The notes under the pieces are model-generated. The model worked only from the letters and a program-made list of their open reading frames with translations, had not been told where the DNA came from and did not search any database. Shown here piece after piece: positions 45,404 to 53,290 of a stretch of DNA of 64,000 nt (positions within the stretch are counted from its first letter, which is position 1; each line of letters starts with the position of its first letter). Position numbers and translations under genes: made by a program. Origin of the DNA: an uncultured delta proteobacterium (GTDB taxonomy: Bacteria; Desulfobacterota; WTBG01; CAIYCZ01; CAIRTM01); contig CAVRPV010000019.1 of assembly GCA_963723235.1 (NCBI GenBank), forward strand, positions 18,077 through 82,076, in the 5' to 3' direction.

Positions 45404-45891
45404 ATGAATCCCATATGCATCGGCCTTGGCACCAACATAGGCGACCGCGAGGCCAATTTGAGAACAGCGCTTGAGCGCCTGCAGCCAATCGTGAACTGTG
45501 GGGCTGTCTCGGACATTTTTGAAACCGAGCCTGTCGGCATTGTGAAGCAGGACTGGTTTTTAAACATGGTCCTGCGGGGCACAACCTCACTTGACGCCTT
45601 TGAACTCCTGGCGGCCCTGCAGCGGATTGAAATGCTATGGGGCGCAGCCGCCTGATTGATAAGGGCCCCCGCATAATTGACTTGGACATTTTGCTGTATT
45701 CCTCTACAATACTTCACACAAAAAGCCTGACGGTGCCGCACCCGGAACTGCACCGGAGAGCATTCGTGCTCATGCCGTTGGCACAAGTGGCCGCGGACTG
45801 GATGCATCCGGTGCTGGGCGCAACAATTCAGGAACTTTTGCAGAAACTCAACGATGATAAGGCGGTACGCGTATGGACACAAAAAAAATAG
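45404..45891 (+). pseudogene. folK: 2-amino-4-hydroxy-6-hydroxymethyldihydropteridine diphosphokinase with one frame break near 45630
   Basis: MNPICIGLGTNIGDREANL...FETEPVG...LQRIE in one frame, then GRSRLIDKGPRIIDLDILLY...VPHPELHRRAFVL in the next. The break is at ATTGAAATGC. Confidence 0.8.
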
Positions 45892-46424
45892 AGCAACTGG
45901 TGCGTGATCTGCTGACTGAGCTGGGTGAAGACTTGACCCGCGAAGGCCTGGCGCACACACCTGAGCGCGTGGCCCGGGCCTGTCAGGATCTTTTTTGCGG
46001 CTACACGCAGGACCCTCAGGATTTTGTGCGCGAATTCGCAAGCGAAAACTACGATGAAATGATTATCTGCAAGGATATTGACTTCTTTTCAACCTGCGAG
46101 CATCACATGATGCCGTTTTTCGGCAAGGCGCATATCGGCTACATCCCCGGCAGCACAATACTGGGCATATCAAAACTGCCCCGTATCGTCGATATGTATG
46201 CGCGCCGCATGCAGAACCAGGAACGCCTGACCATGCAGATTGGCGGCACATTGAATAAACTGCTCAAGCCGCAAGGGGTCGGTGTGGTGATTGAGGCCCA
46301 GCACCTGTGCATGATGGCACGCGGTGTGCAAAAACAGAACACGGTTATGACCACCTCCTCGTTTACGGGCTGCTTCCGCAATCAGGACAAAACCCGCAAT
46401 GAGTTTCTCCGACTTATTCGATGA
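45873..46424 (+). CDS. folE: GTP cyclohydrolase I
   Basis: 183 aa. FFSTCEHHMMPFFGKAHIGY and QERLT motifs. Confidence 0.93.
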   Translation: MDTKKIEQLVRDLLTELGEDLTREGLAHTPERVARACQDLFCGYTQDPQDFVREFASENYDEMIICKDIDFFSTCEHHMMPFFGKAHIGYIPGSTILGISKLPRIVDMYARRMQNQERLTMQIGGTLNKLLKPQGVGVVIEAQHLCMMARGVQKQNTVMTTSSFTGCFRNQDKTRNEFLRLIR

Positions 46425-46981
46425 TCCTGCTGATCGATAATTACGACTCGTTCACCTACAACCTCTACCAGCAGATGTGCGTCCTTGGGGCCGACGTCAG
46501 GGTCGTGGCGCACGATGCCCTCGGCGTTGCGGGCATACAGCGCCTGCGGCCTGAGAAGATAGTGCTTTCCGCCGGGCCGGGCAGGCCCTGTAACAGCGGC
46601 GTGTGCATGGATGTTATCAAAAGCCTGCACAGCAGCGTGCCTTTGCTGGGCATATGCCTGGGGCATGAATGCATCGGCGAGGTCTTCGGCGCGCGCGTCG
46701 TGCATGCCCGCCGCGTTATGCACGGTAAAACCTCAAAAATCAGGCATAACGGAAGCGGACTGTTTGAGGGCATACCCAATCCCTTTGTGGCCGCGCGCTA
46801 TCATTCCCTGGCGCTTGATCAGGCCCCGCCCGGGTTTAAACTGAGCGCCACGGCTGATGACAATGAAGTGATGGCCATACGTCACCAGGACCTGCCGATA
46901 TACGGCATTCAGTTTCATCCGGAATCATTCATGACGCCTGTCGGCGACCGGATCATGAAAAATTTTCTCTATGCAGACTAA
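46421..46981 (+). CDS. pabA: Aminodeoxychorismate/anthranilate synthase component II (glutamine amidotransferase)
   Basis: MILLIDNYDSFTYNLYQ, GICLGH catalytic Cys, FHPES. Assigned to pab rather than trp only from the folate-gene context. Confidence 0.8.
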   Translation: MILLIDNYDSFTYNLYQQMCVLGADVRVVAHDALGVAGIQRLRPEKIVLSAGPGRPCNSGVCMDVIKSLHSSVPLLGICLGHECIGEVFGARVVHARRVMHGKTSKIRHNGSGLFEGIPNPFVAARYHSLALDQAPPGFKLSATADDNEVMAIRHQDLPIYGIQFHPESFMTPVGDRIMKNFLYAD

Positions 46982-48206
46982 AACCATATCAGGTAATATT
47001 TTTGACCTGTTCGCCCGCCTTGACCACGAACAGGATGTCTGCCTGCTGGCAGGCACGCACCCCGGCCTGCTCGGGTTTAACCCGGCAGAAACGTTCAGCG
47101 CTGTCAATGCGGACATCAAGGGCCTGCGTGCCTTTGTAACACGCAGCGCGCGCCTGGGGCGGCCCGTGACCGGCTATATATCCTATGACGCGGCCTATGA
47201 GCTGCACAATCTTCGCTGCACAGCCCACAACGATTTGCGCCTGCCAGCTATCTGTTTGCATGCCTACGACAACTATCTCACGTTCACCGGAAAAAAAACG
47301 CTGCGCCTGCACTTTAAAAACCCGGCCTATCCTGAACTGATCAAGCGCATTCTCAACCGGCCGCTGCGCCCCGCTCGCGCATACCGCAGCACGAATTTTC
47401 ACCCCGTAATCAGCGCTGCCCAATACGCGCGCGCCTACGACGCCATCCGGCAGTATCTCTATGAAGGCGATCTGTATCAAATCAATTTCAGCCATCGCCT
47501 TGAAGCCAAAACCGACATGCCGGCCCGTGAACTGTTTGTGCGGACCCTGCACCACAACCCGGTTGACTTTCCGGCCTATTTCGAGGCAGAAGGTTTTGAA
47601 ATTATCAGCGCATCGCCTGAGCGCTTTATAAAAATTGACGGCCGGACGATCGAAACCTGTCCCATCAAAGGCACGCGGCCGCGGGGCCGCACCTCCGCAA
47701 CGGATGAGCGCTATCGCCGGGAGCTTCTGGAAAACGCCAAGGAAACCGCCGAGCTGAACATGATCATCGATCTGATGCGCAATGACCTGGGCAAGGTCTG
47801 TGAAAGCGGCTCTGTCCGCGTTCGCGGCCGCAGGCTTGTGAGCGCCTGTCCGACAGTATGGCACACATTCGCGCGCATTACCGGATGCCTCAATGATACC
47901 GGTAGCGCACTTGACGCACTTGTGAGCATGCTGCCGGGAGGGTCCATCAGCGGATGCCCCAAGAGAAGGGCCATGGAAATAATTGACGAACTCGAGCCGG
48001 TTACCCGCTCAGTGTACACAGGGGTTATCGGCTGCATTCAGCCCGATATGCGGCTTGATTTCAGCATCGCGATTCGAACCATTATCAAAAAACACACCCG
48101 GCTGTACCTGCCGGTCGGCGGCGGCATTGTCCATGACTCGAAACAAACGGCTGAGTTCAGGGAGACGCTTGACAAGGCCCGCTCGTTCATGAAAATCCTG
48201 CAATAG
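46971..48206 (+). CDS. pabB: Aminodeoxychorismate synthase component I (chorismate-binding enzyme, short form)
   Basis: 411 aa. SASPERF, PIKGTRPRG and PGGSISGCPK motifs. The assignment to pabB comes from context. Confidence 0.75.
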   Translation: MQTKTISGNIFDLFARLDHEQDVCLLAGTHPGLLGFNPAETFSAVNADIKGLRAFVTRSARLGRPVTGYISYDAAYELHNLRCTAHNDLRLPAICLHAYDNYLTFTGKKTLRLHFKNPAYPELIKRILNRPLRPARAYRSTNFHPVISAAQYARAYDAIRQYLYEGDLYQINFSHRLEAKTDMPARELFVRTLHHNPVDFPAYFEAEGFEIISASPERFIKIDGRTIETCPIKGTRPRGRTSATDERYRRELLENAKETAELNMIIDLMRNDLGKVCESGSVRVRGRRLVSACPTVWHTFARITGCLNDTGSALDALVSMLPGGSISGCPKRRAMEIIDELEPVTRSVYTGVIGCIQPDMRLDFSIAIRTIIKKHTRLYLPVGGGIVHDSKQTAEFRETLDKARSFMKILQ

Positions 48207-48324
48207 AACACATTAACCTTGAAATGCCCGGTCTCAGGTTGAGAAACAGAAGTTGCTTCGCAATCGGAGCGATATTGCTATTGGGGTTGCTCGGCAATGA
48301 ACCCGTGGCGTCTCAGCAGGCAAT

Positions 48325-48398
48325 GTCACCCCGCACGTGATGCGGGGTCCATGACAAACCCCTGGATTCCGGATCGCGCTACGCTTGTCCGGAATGAC
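48325..48398 (-). repeat. Family-2 twin-hairpin element, sequence variant
   Basis: GTCACCCCGCACGTGATGCGGGGT ... GGATTCCGGATCGCGCTACGCTTGTCCGGAATGAC. Confidence 0.7.
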
Positions 48399-48500
48399 CG
48401 TAAAGAGTTATACAGTTGTAAACACACAGAGCAGTCTCAACATTAAAATGCAAAAAACCGCACAAACACCCTGCCCTGCTTTACTGTAACCATCTTTTTA

Positions 48501-48529
48501 TTGACACGTATCCGCCCCAATCGTATAGT
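48501..48529 (+). promoter_or_regulatory. Sigma-70-like promoter candidate for the nuo cluster
   Basis: TTGACA (48501..48506), 17-nt spacer, TATAGT (48524..48529), 58 nt upstream of the nuoA ATG. Confidence 0.6.
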
Positions 48530-48586
48530 GGGCTCGCTGCCCACTTTCCCCAAACAGTAACGTCACACAAGGCAGAATACGTACCC

Positions 48587-49006
48587 ATGCCACACGACGA
48601 ACATGTATTATATACGTATATCTTTGTTTTTCTCGCGACCGGCATTGCCGCTGCAACCGCGCCTTTTGTCATCTCGCGGGTACTGAGCCCGTCCCGCCGC
48701 CCCGGCGACATCGCCCTGCAGCCCTATGAATGCGGCATTCAAACCCGGGGCTATGCCTGGGATTCGCGCTACGGCATTGCCTATTATCTCTATGCCCTTA
48801 TTTTTCTGGCCTTCGAAGTCGATGTGCTCTACCTGTTCCCGGTAGTGGCGGCTTTTGACACAGAAACAGGCACGCAGGCATTGATGCTGCTGGGCCTGTT
48901 CCTGGCTGTTTTGTCTCTGGCCCTGGTCTATGCCTGGAAGAAAGGATCATTTGAATGGAAAACCCCGGACATCAGCAACCCGTCACCGACCCAGAAACAA
49001 CGCTAA
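48587..49006 (+). CDS. nuoA: NADH-quinone oxidoreductase subunit A
   Basis: 139 aa, 3 TM helices, PYECG motif. Confidence 0.9.
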   Translation: MPHDEHVLYTYIFVFLATGIAAATAPFVISRVLSPSRRPGDIALQPYECGIQTRGYAWDSRYGIAYYLYALIFLAFEVDVLYLFPVVAAFDTETGTQALMLLGLFLAVLSLALVYAWKKGSFEWKTPDISNPSPTQKQR

Positions 49007-49536
49007 ACGCACCCGGTTCCTGCCGGATACGGCCTGCCGGCATGTGGCAGCCCCTGCGCCTGGCGGAAAACATTCTGGATGCGTGCCGGGCCAACTCGCT
49101 GTGGCCCCTGACCTTCGGCCTGTCATGCTGCGCCATTGAGATGATGAGCGCGGGCATGGCCCGGTTTGACATGGCCCGCTACGGAGCTGAAGTGTTTCGC
49201 CCGTCACCGCGCCAGGCAGACCTCATGATCGTGGCCGGAACCGTCAATAAAAAAATGGCGCCGGTTGTGCAGCGGCTCTATGAGCAGATGGCAGATCCCA
49301 AGTGGGTGATAGCCCTTGGCAACTGCGCGGTCTCGGGCGGCCCGTTTGCCGGAGAGGGCAACTATGCCGTCATTGAGGGTGTTGATACATTAATACCGGT
49401 CGATGTGTACGTGGCCGGGTGCCCGCCGCGGCCCGAAGGCCTGCTGGAGGCAATTTTTACGCTTCAAAAAAAAATTACCGGACGCCGCCACCCGTTCCCA
49501 CAGAATCGCCATCCCCTGCAGGAGATGGAAAAGTGA
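48955..49536 (+). CDS. nuoB: NADH-quinone oxidoreductase subunit B (start uncertain)
   Basis: [27 protein letters not shown] and GCPPRPE. The ATG at 48955 has an AAAGGA 8 nt upstream but overlaps nuoA by 52 nt. An alternative ATG is at 49042. Confidence 0.88.
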   Translation: MENPGHQQPVTDPETTLNAPGSCRIRPAGMWQPLRLAENILDACRANSLWPLTFGLSCCAIEMMSAGMARFDMARYGAEVFRPSPRQADLMIVAGTVNKKMAPVVQRLYEQMADPKWVIALGNCAVSGGPFAGEGNYAVIEGVDTLIPVDVYVAGCPPRPEGLLEAIFTLQKKITGRRHPFPQNRHPLQEMEK

Positions 49537-50027
49537 GCATCATGCCCGACGATCTCCTTGAAAAGCTGCGCGCCTGTGATGCGCATATCACAACAACAAG
49601 CCCCCTGCAGGGCTCTGTGCTGCACGTCATGATTACAACGGCTGCTTTGAAGCAGGCAGCAATGGTTATACGCGACGCCGGGATGTATCCGGTATTCATG
49701 ACCGCCGTGCATGCTGACCCGCAGTGTGCCCTCGTGTATCAATTTGCGGCCTCGGACCGAAACATGCGTGTGCTGCTCGCAACAACTGTTGCTCCGGACG
49801 GCCGCGCGCCGAGCCTCACCCCCCTGTTTCCGGGCATGCAGTTGCATGAGCGCGAAGCGCGGGACATGTTCGGCATTGTCTTCGAGGGACACCCTGACAT
49901 GCGGCCGCTGCTCATGTGCGATGAGGACCGGGACCTCTATCCGCTGCGCAAAGATCCTCAGCGTTTAAAAACACTGGAACAGCTCAAAGGCGCTGATCGT
50001 GCGGCTGCAGACGGGAAATCGCCATGA
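49533..50027 (+). CDS. nuoC: NADH-quinone oxidoreductase subunit C
   Basis: 30-kDa-subunit-like sequence (…[23 protein letters not shown]…). The GTG at 49533 overlaps the nuoB stop (GTGA). An alternative ATG is at 49542. Confidence 0.85.
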   Translation: MSIMPDDLLEKLRACDAHITTTSPLQGSVLHVMITTAALKQAAMVIRDAGMYPVFMTAVHADPQCALVYQFAASDRNMRVLLATTVAPDGRAPSLTPLFPGMQLHEREARDMFGIVFEGHPDMRPLLMCDEDRDLYPLRKDPQRLKTLEQLKGADRAAADGKSP

Positions 50028-51139
50028 CGATCAACACAGCCGACACCCGCGAATTCCGCATGCATGTCAACCTGGGCCCGCAGCATCCCAGCACGCACGG
50101 CGTGCTGCAGCTGGAGCTGGAAATGTACGGTGAATATGTGCTGGGCATTGACCCGGTGCTGGGGTACGGTCACCGCATGCATGAAAAGATGGGCGAGTCC
50201 CGCCCGTGGCAGTCTTTTTTCGCCAACACACCCCGCATTGATTATGCCTGCTCCCTGCCCCACAGCCTCTGCTATGCCTCGCTGCTTGAGCAGGCTCTGG
50301 GCATTGAGCCGCCGCCGCGCGCACGCTACTTGCGCATTATCGCATCCGAGCTGAACCGGATCGCCAGCCACCTGCTGTGGGTGGGCGCTTTTCTGCTTGA
50401 TCTGGGGGCCTTTACCCCGATCCTGTACTGTTTTGATGACCGCGAACAGGCCGTGGATATCCTGGAGCACCTCACCGGCAACCGCCTGACCCATGCCTGC
50501 ATGTGTGTCGGCGGCGTGACCGGGGACGCAGATGATGCAACCCTTCAGAAAATCAGGGCGTTCATACAGCGCATGCGCGGACGTTTCCAGCTGTATGAGC
50601 GCCTGATCACCAACAATATTATCTTTGTTGTACGCACCCGGGGTATCGGCGTTATCTCTGCGGACATGGCCCGCGCGTACGGCGCAACCGGGCCGGTGCT
50701 GCGCGGCAGCGGCGTGCCATATGATATACGCAAAATTGCGCCCTACGGCGGATATGATGCCTTTGAATTCGATGTGCCGCTGGGCGCAAACGGCGACTGC
50801 CTTGACCGCTACTGCGTGCGCATGCAGGAGATCAGGCAGAGCCTGAGAATTATTGAACAGGCCCTGGACCTTTTGCCCGATGGACCCGTGCGCTCAAAGG
50901 TGCCGCGCCGGATCGCGCCCGCGCCGGGCCATTACAGCTTTTCGGTTGAAGGCGCCCGCGGGGATGTGACCTACTGGGCGGTATCAGACGGCAGCGACAT
51001 CCCCTACCGTTTGAAAATCCGCTCCGCGTGCATGGCGCACTTGAGCCTGGTGCCGGAACTGTGCCGGGGCATGCTGCTGGCGGACCTGATAGCAACCCTG
51101 GGAAGCCTTGACCTGGTCATACCTGAAATCGACCGCTAA
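50024..51139 (+). CDS. nuoD: NADH-quinone oxidoreductase subunit D
   Basis: 371 aa. NLGPQHPSTHGVL motif. The ATGA start overlaps the nuoC stop. Confidence 0.92.
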   Translation: MTINTADTREFRMHVNLGPQHPSTHGVLQLELEMYGEYVLGIDPVLGYGHRMHEKMGESRPWQSFFANTPRIDYACSLPHSLCYASLLEQALGIEPPPRARYLRIIASELNRIASHLLWVGAFLLDLGAFTPILYCFDDREQAVDILEHLTGNRLTHACMCVGGVTGDADDATLQKIRAFIQRMRGRFQLYERLITNNIIFVVRTRGIGVISADMARAYGATGPVLRGSGVPYDIRKIAPYGGYDAFEFDVPLGANGDCLDRYCVRMQEIRQSLRIIEQALDLLPDGPVRSKVPRRIAPAPGHYSFSVEGARGDVTYWAVSDGSDIPYRLKIRSACMAHLSLVPELCRGMLLADLIATLGSLDLVIPEIDR

Positions 51140-51173
51140 GTAATCCCAGAGAAAGGGGTCCAAATAATAAACC

Positions 51174-51247
51174 GTAGGCCGGACTAAGAACCTGACTACA
51201 TGCGATGCCGACAATCCGCCGGACACGCTGCGCTTTGTCCGGCCTAC
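51174..51247. repeat. Family-3 REP doublet (REPIN-like), GCCGGAC class, inside the nuo cluster
   Basis: GTAGGCCGGACTAAGAACC...CGCCGGACACGCTGCGCTTTGTCCGGCCTAC between nuoD and nuoH. Confidence 0.8.
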
Positions 51248-51335
51248 GCATGGGGGATGGCACGGGTTCGTGTCCGGCTTTTTGACCCCTTTCCTCTGGG
51301 GAACTGTGCTAAATGCTGACTGCGAAAGCTCTGTC

Positions 51336-52301
51336 ATGGATAGTGATACAATCAGGATATTCTGGTCAGTTATACTGGTGACGATCTTCGTATTCGTCAA
51401 CGCGACCGTGATGGGCTACCTTGAACGCAAACTGGCCGGCCATTTTCAACGGCGCCTGGGACCCATGGAGGTCGGATGGCACGGCATTCTGCAAATGCCG
51501 GTTGACGGCATCAAGCTGCTGGCCAAGCGCATGCTGTTGCCCCAACAGGCCGAACCCCTGCTGTTCCGCCTCGCGCCGATAATTTCCTTTTCGCCGGTGC
51601 TGCTGCCGCTGATGGCCATTCCCTTCAGTCCGTCCCTGCAGGTCGTGGATATGAAGGCCGGGCTTATCTTTGTGCTGGCAATTGATGCCTTCGGCACGAT
51701 TGCGGTCTTCCTGGCAGGCTGGAGCTCCAACAACAAGTACGCCATGATGGGAGCCATGCGCTCCGTGGCCCAAAACATCGCCTATGAAATACCGATTCTG
51801 CTGGTGGCCCTGGCCGTTGCCCTGATGGCCGGAAGCTTTAGCCTGCAGCAGATTGTGCTGGCCCAGGCGGCCGTGTGGTTCGTTGTGCTGCAGCCCATCG
51901 GATTTTTGCTGTATATGATCGCGGGCCTGTCGGAATGCAACCGTGCGCCCTTTGACCTGCCTGAAGCGGAAAGCGAACTCACGGCCGGCTACCTGACCGA
52001 ATACAGCGGCATCGCTTTCAGCCTGTTCATGATTGCAGAGTACACCCACATGTTCATCATCTGCTGCCTGGCAACGGTGCTGTTCCTGGGCGGCTGGGAG
52101 GGCCCGGAGCTGCCCTGGCACGAATACAGCAGTGCTATCTGGTTTTTGATAAAGGCCTACGCTCTTATGTTCGTCATGGTATGGGTGCGCTGGACATTCC
52201 CCCGCGTTCGCTATGACCAGATGATGAAATTTGCCTGGAAATACCTGATACCGTTCGCGCTGGTCAACCTGCTTATAACCGCGCTGGTGGTGTACCTATG
52301 A
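51336..52301 (+). CDS. nuoH: NADH-quinone oxidoreductase subunit H
   Basis: YLERKLAGHFQRRLGP, ECNRAPFDLPEAESEL and EYS motifs. Start at MDSDTIRIF (51336). Confidence 0.92.
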   Translation: MDSDTIRIFWSVILVTIFVFVNATVMGYLERKLAGHFQRRLGPMEVGWHGILQMPVDGIKLLAKRMLLPQQAEPLLFRLAPIISFSPVLLPLMAIPFSPSLQVVDMKAGLIFVLAIDAFGTIAVFLAGWSSNNKYAMMGAMRSVAQNIAYEIPILLVALAVALMAGSFSLQQIVLAQAAVWFVVLQPIGFLLYMIAGLSECNRAPFDLPEAESELTAGYLTEYSGIAFSLFMIAEYTHMFIICCLATVLFLGGWEGPELPWHEYSSAIWFLIKAYALMFVMVWVRWTFPRVRYDQMMKFAWKYLIPFALVNLLITALVVYL

Positions 52302-52753
52302 AAAAATATTTTGTTGATTTGTTTCAAGGAGCGGTCAGCCTGCTGGACGGCATGCTCGTAACCCTGCAGGCACTTTTTTCGCGTCCGGTGACAGAGCCCT
52401 ATCCGCGCCAAAGCGCCGAGCTCACTCCCCGCTTCCGCGGCTGCCTTGCCCTTGTTCAGGATACTGATGGACTCGTGCTGTGCACGGCCTGCGGCCTGTG
52501 CACGCGCACCTGCCCCTCAGCCTGCCTGACGGTTGAGCGTGCTGCGGGAGAAAAACGCACACCGGAATCCTTTCGCTACGATATCTCACGCTGCAGCTTT
52601 TGCGGACAATGCGTAGACATCTGCCCGGTCAGCTCCCTGATGTTTAAACCTGTCCGCACACGAGTCTCCACAACTCGCCAAAACTTCTGCCTTGAATTGT
52701 GCCCGGCAGACCGACACACCGGTAGCCCCCGTGGTCCCGCCCTCAAGAGCTGA
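52298..52753 (+). CDS. nuoI: NADH-quinone oxidoreductase subunit I (2x[4Fe-4S])
   Basis: CTACGLCTRTCP and CSFCGQCVDICP ferredoxin motifs. ATGA overlap with nuoH. Confidence 0.88.
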   Translation: MKKYFVDLFQGAVSLLDGMLVTLQALFSRPVTEPYPRQSAELTPRFRGCLALVQDTDGLVLCTACGLCTRTCPSACLTVERAAGEKRTPESFRYDISRCSFCGQCVDICPVSSLMFKPVRTRVSTTRQNFCLELCPADRHTGSPRGPALKS

Positions 52754-52913
52754 AACCCGTAACCCAAAATCCGCCGACACCCTATTAATGTGCAAACCTC
52801 TTTGTTAACCCTTAATGAGTATGGTGTCCCCGAATTTTTATTCTAATTTTTTCTTGTGCAATGATGCGGATGTCCCCGGAGTATGTTAAAATATATAGAT
52901 GGGATGAAGGCCG

Positions 52914-53177
52914 ATGCGAAAGTATTGGCTTTGGAAAATACACGGGGAATTACTTATGGACAAACAGGGCACAATAGAGAAGATGTTAGAAGCGATATAT
53001 ATTATAAAAGTACAAGGCATGCGCGGCGCAGGCCTTGATGCGGTCTATGAATTAAAAGGCATCTGTGACAAACTGCTCGCCGTACACGCCGCCCAAAAAC
53101 GCACACCGGGATATTGCAGCAATGGTGATAAGGCGCCGATTTCTCTCGTTTCGGATCATTCAGAAGAAAAGGCATAA
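52914..53177 (+). CDS. Orphan small ORF in an AT-rich patch (hypothetical)
   Basis: ORF only, with no recognisable family. A more likely start is MDKQGTIEK at 52956. Confidence 0.25.
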   Translation: MRKYWLWKIHGELLMDKQGTIEKMLEAIYIIKVQGMRGAGLDAVYELKGICDKLLAVHAAQKRTPGYCSNGDKAPISLVSDHSEEKA

Positions 53178-53290
53178 ACAAAGCGGCAACCCTGAGCGAT
53201 TTCGAACTGCCCCGCACCACAGGCTATAGATTCAAGTCCCTTCTTCTCCACAAAAAAATCATCGTGCCTAATAAAATCTGAGACACCGTA

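Noticed and set aside
53190-53262. A tRNA or tmRNA 3' fragment (a possible att site) suggested by …AGATTCAAGTCCCTTCTTCTCCAC
   Set aside because: The bases flanking the TTCAAGT loop-like heptamer cannot form a T stem, and no acceptor stem or CCA context can be drawn.
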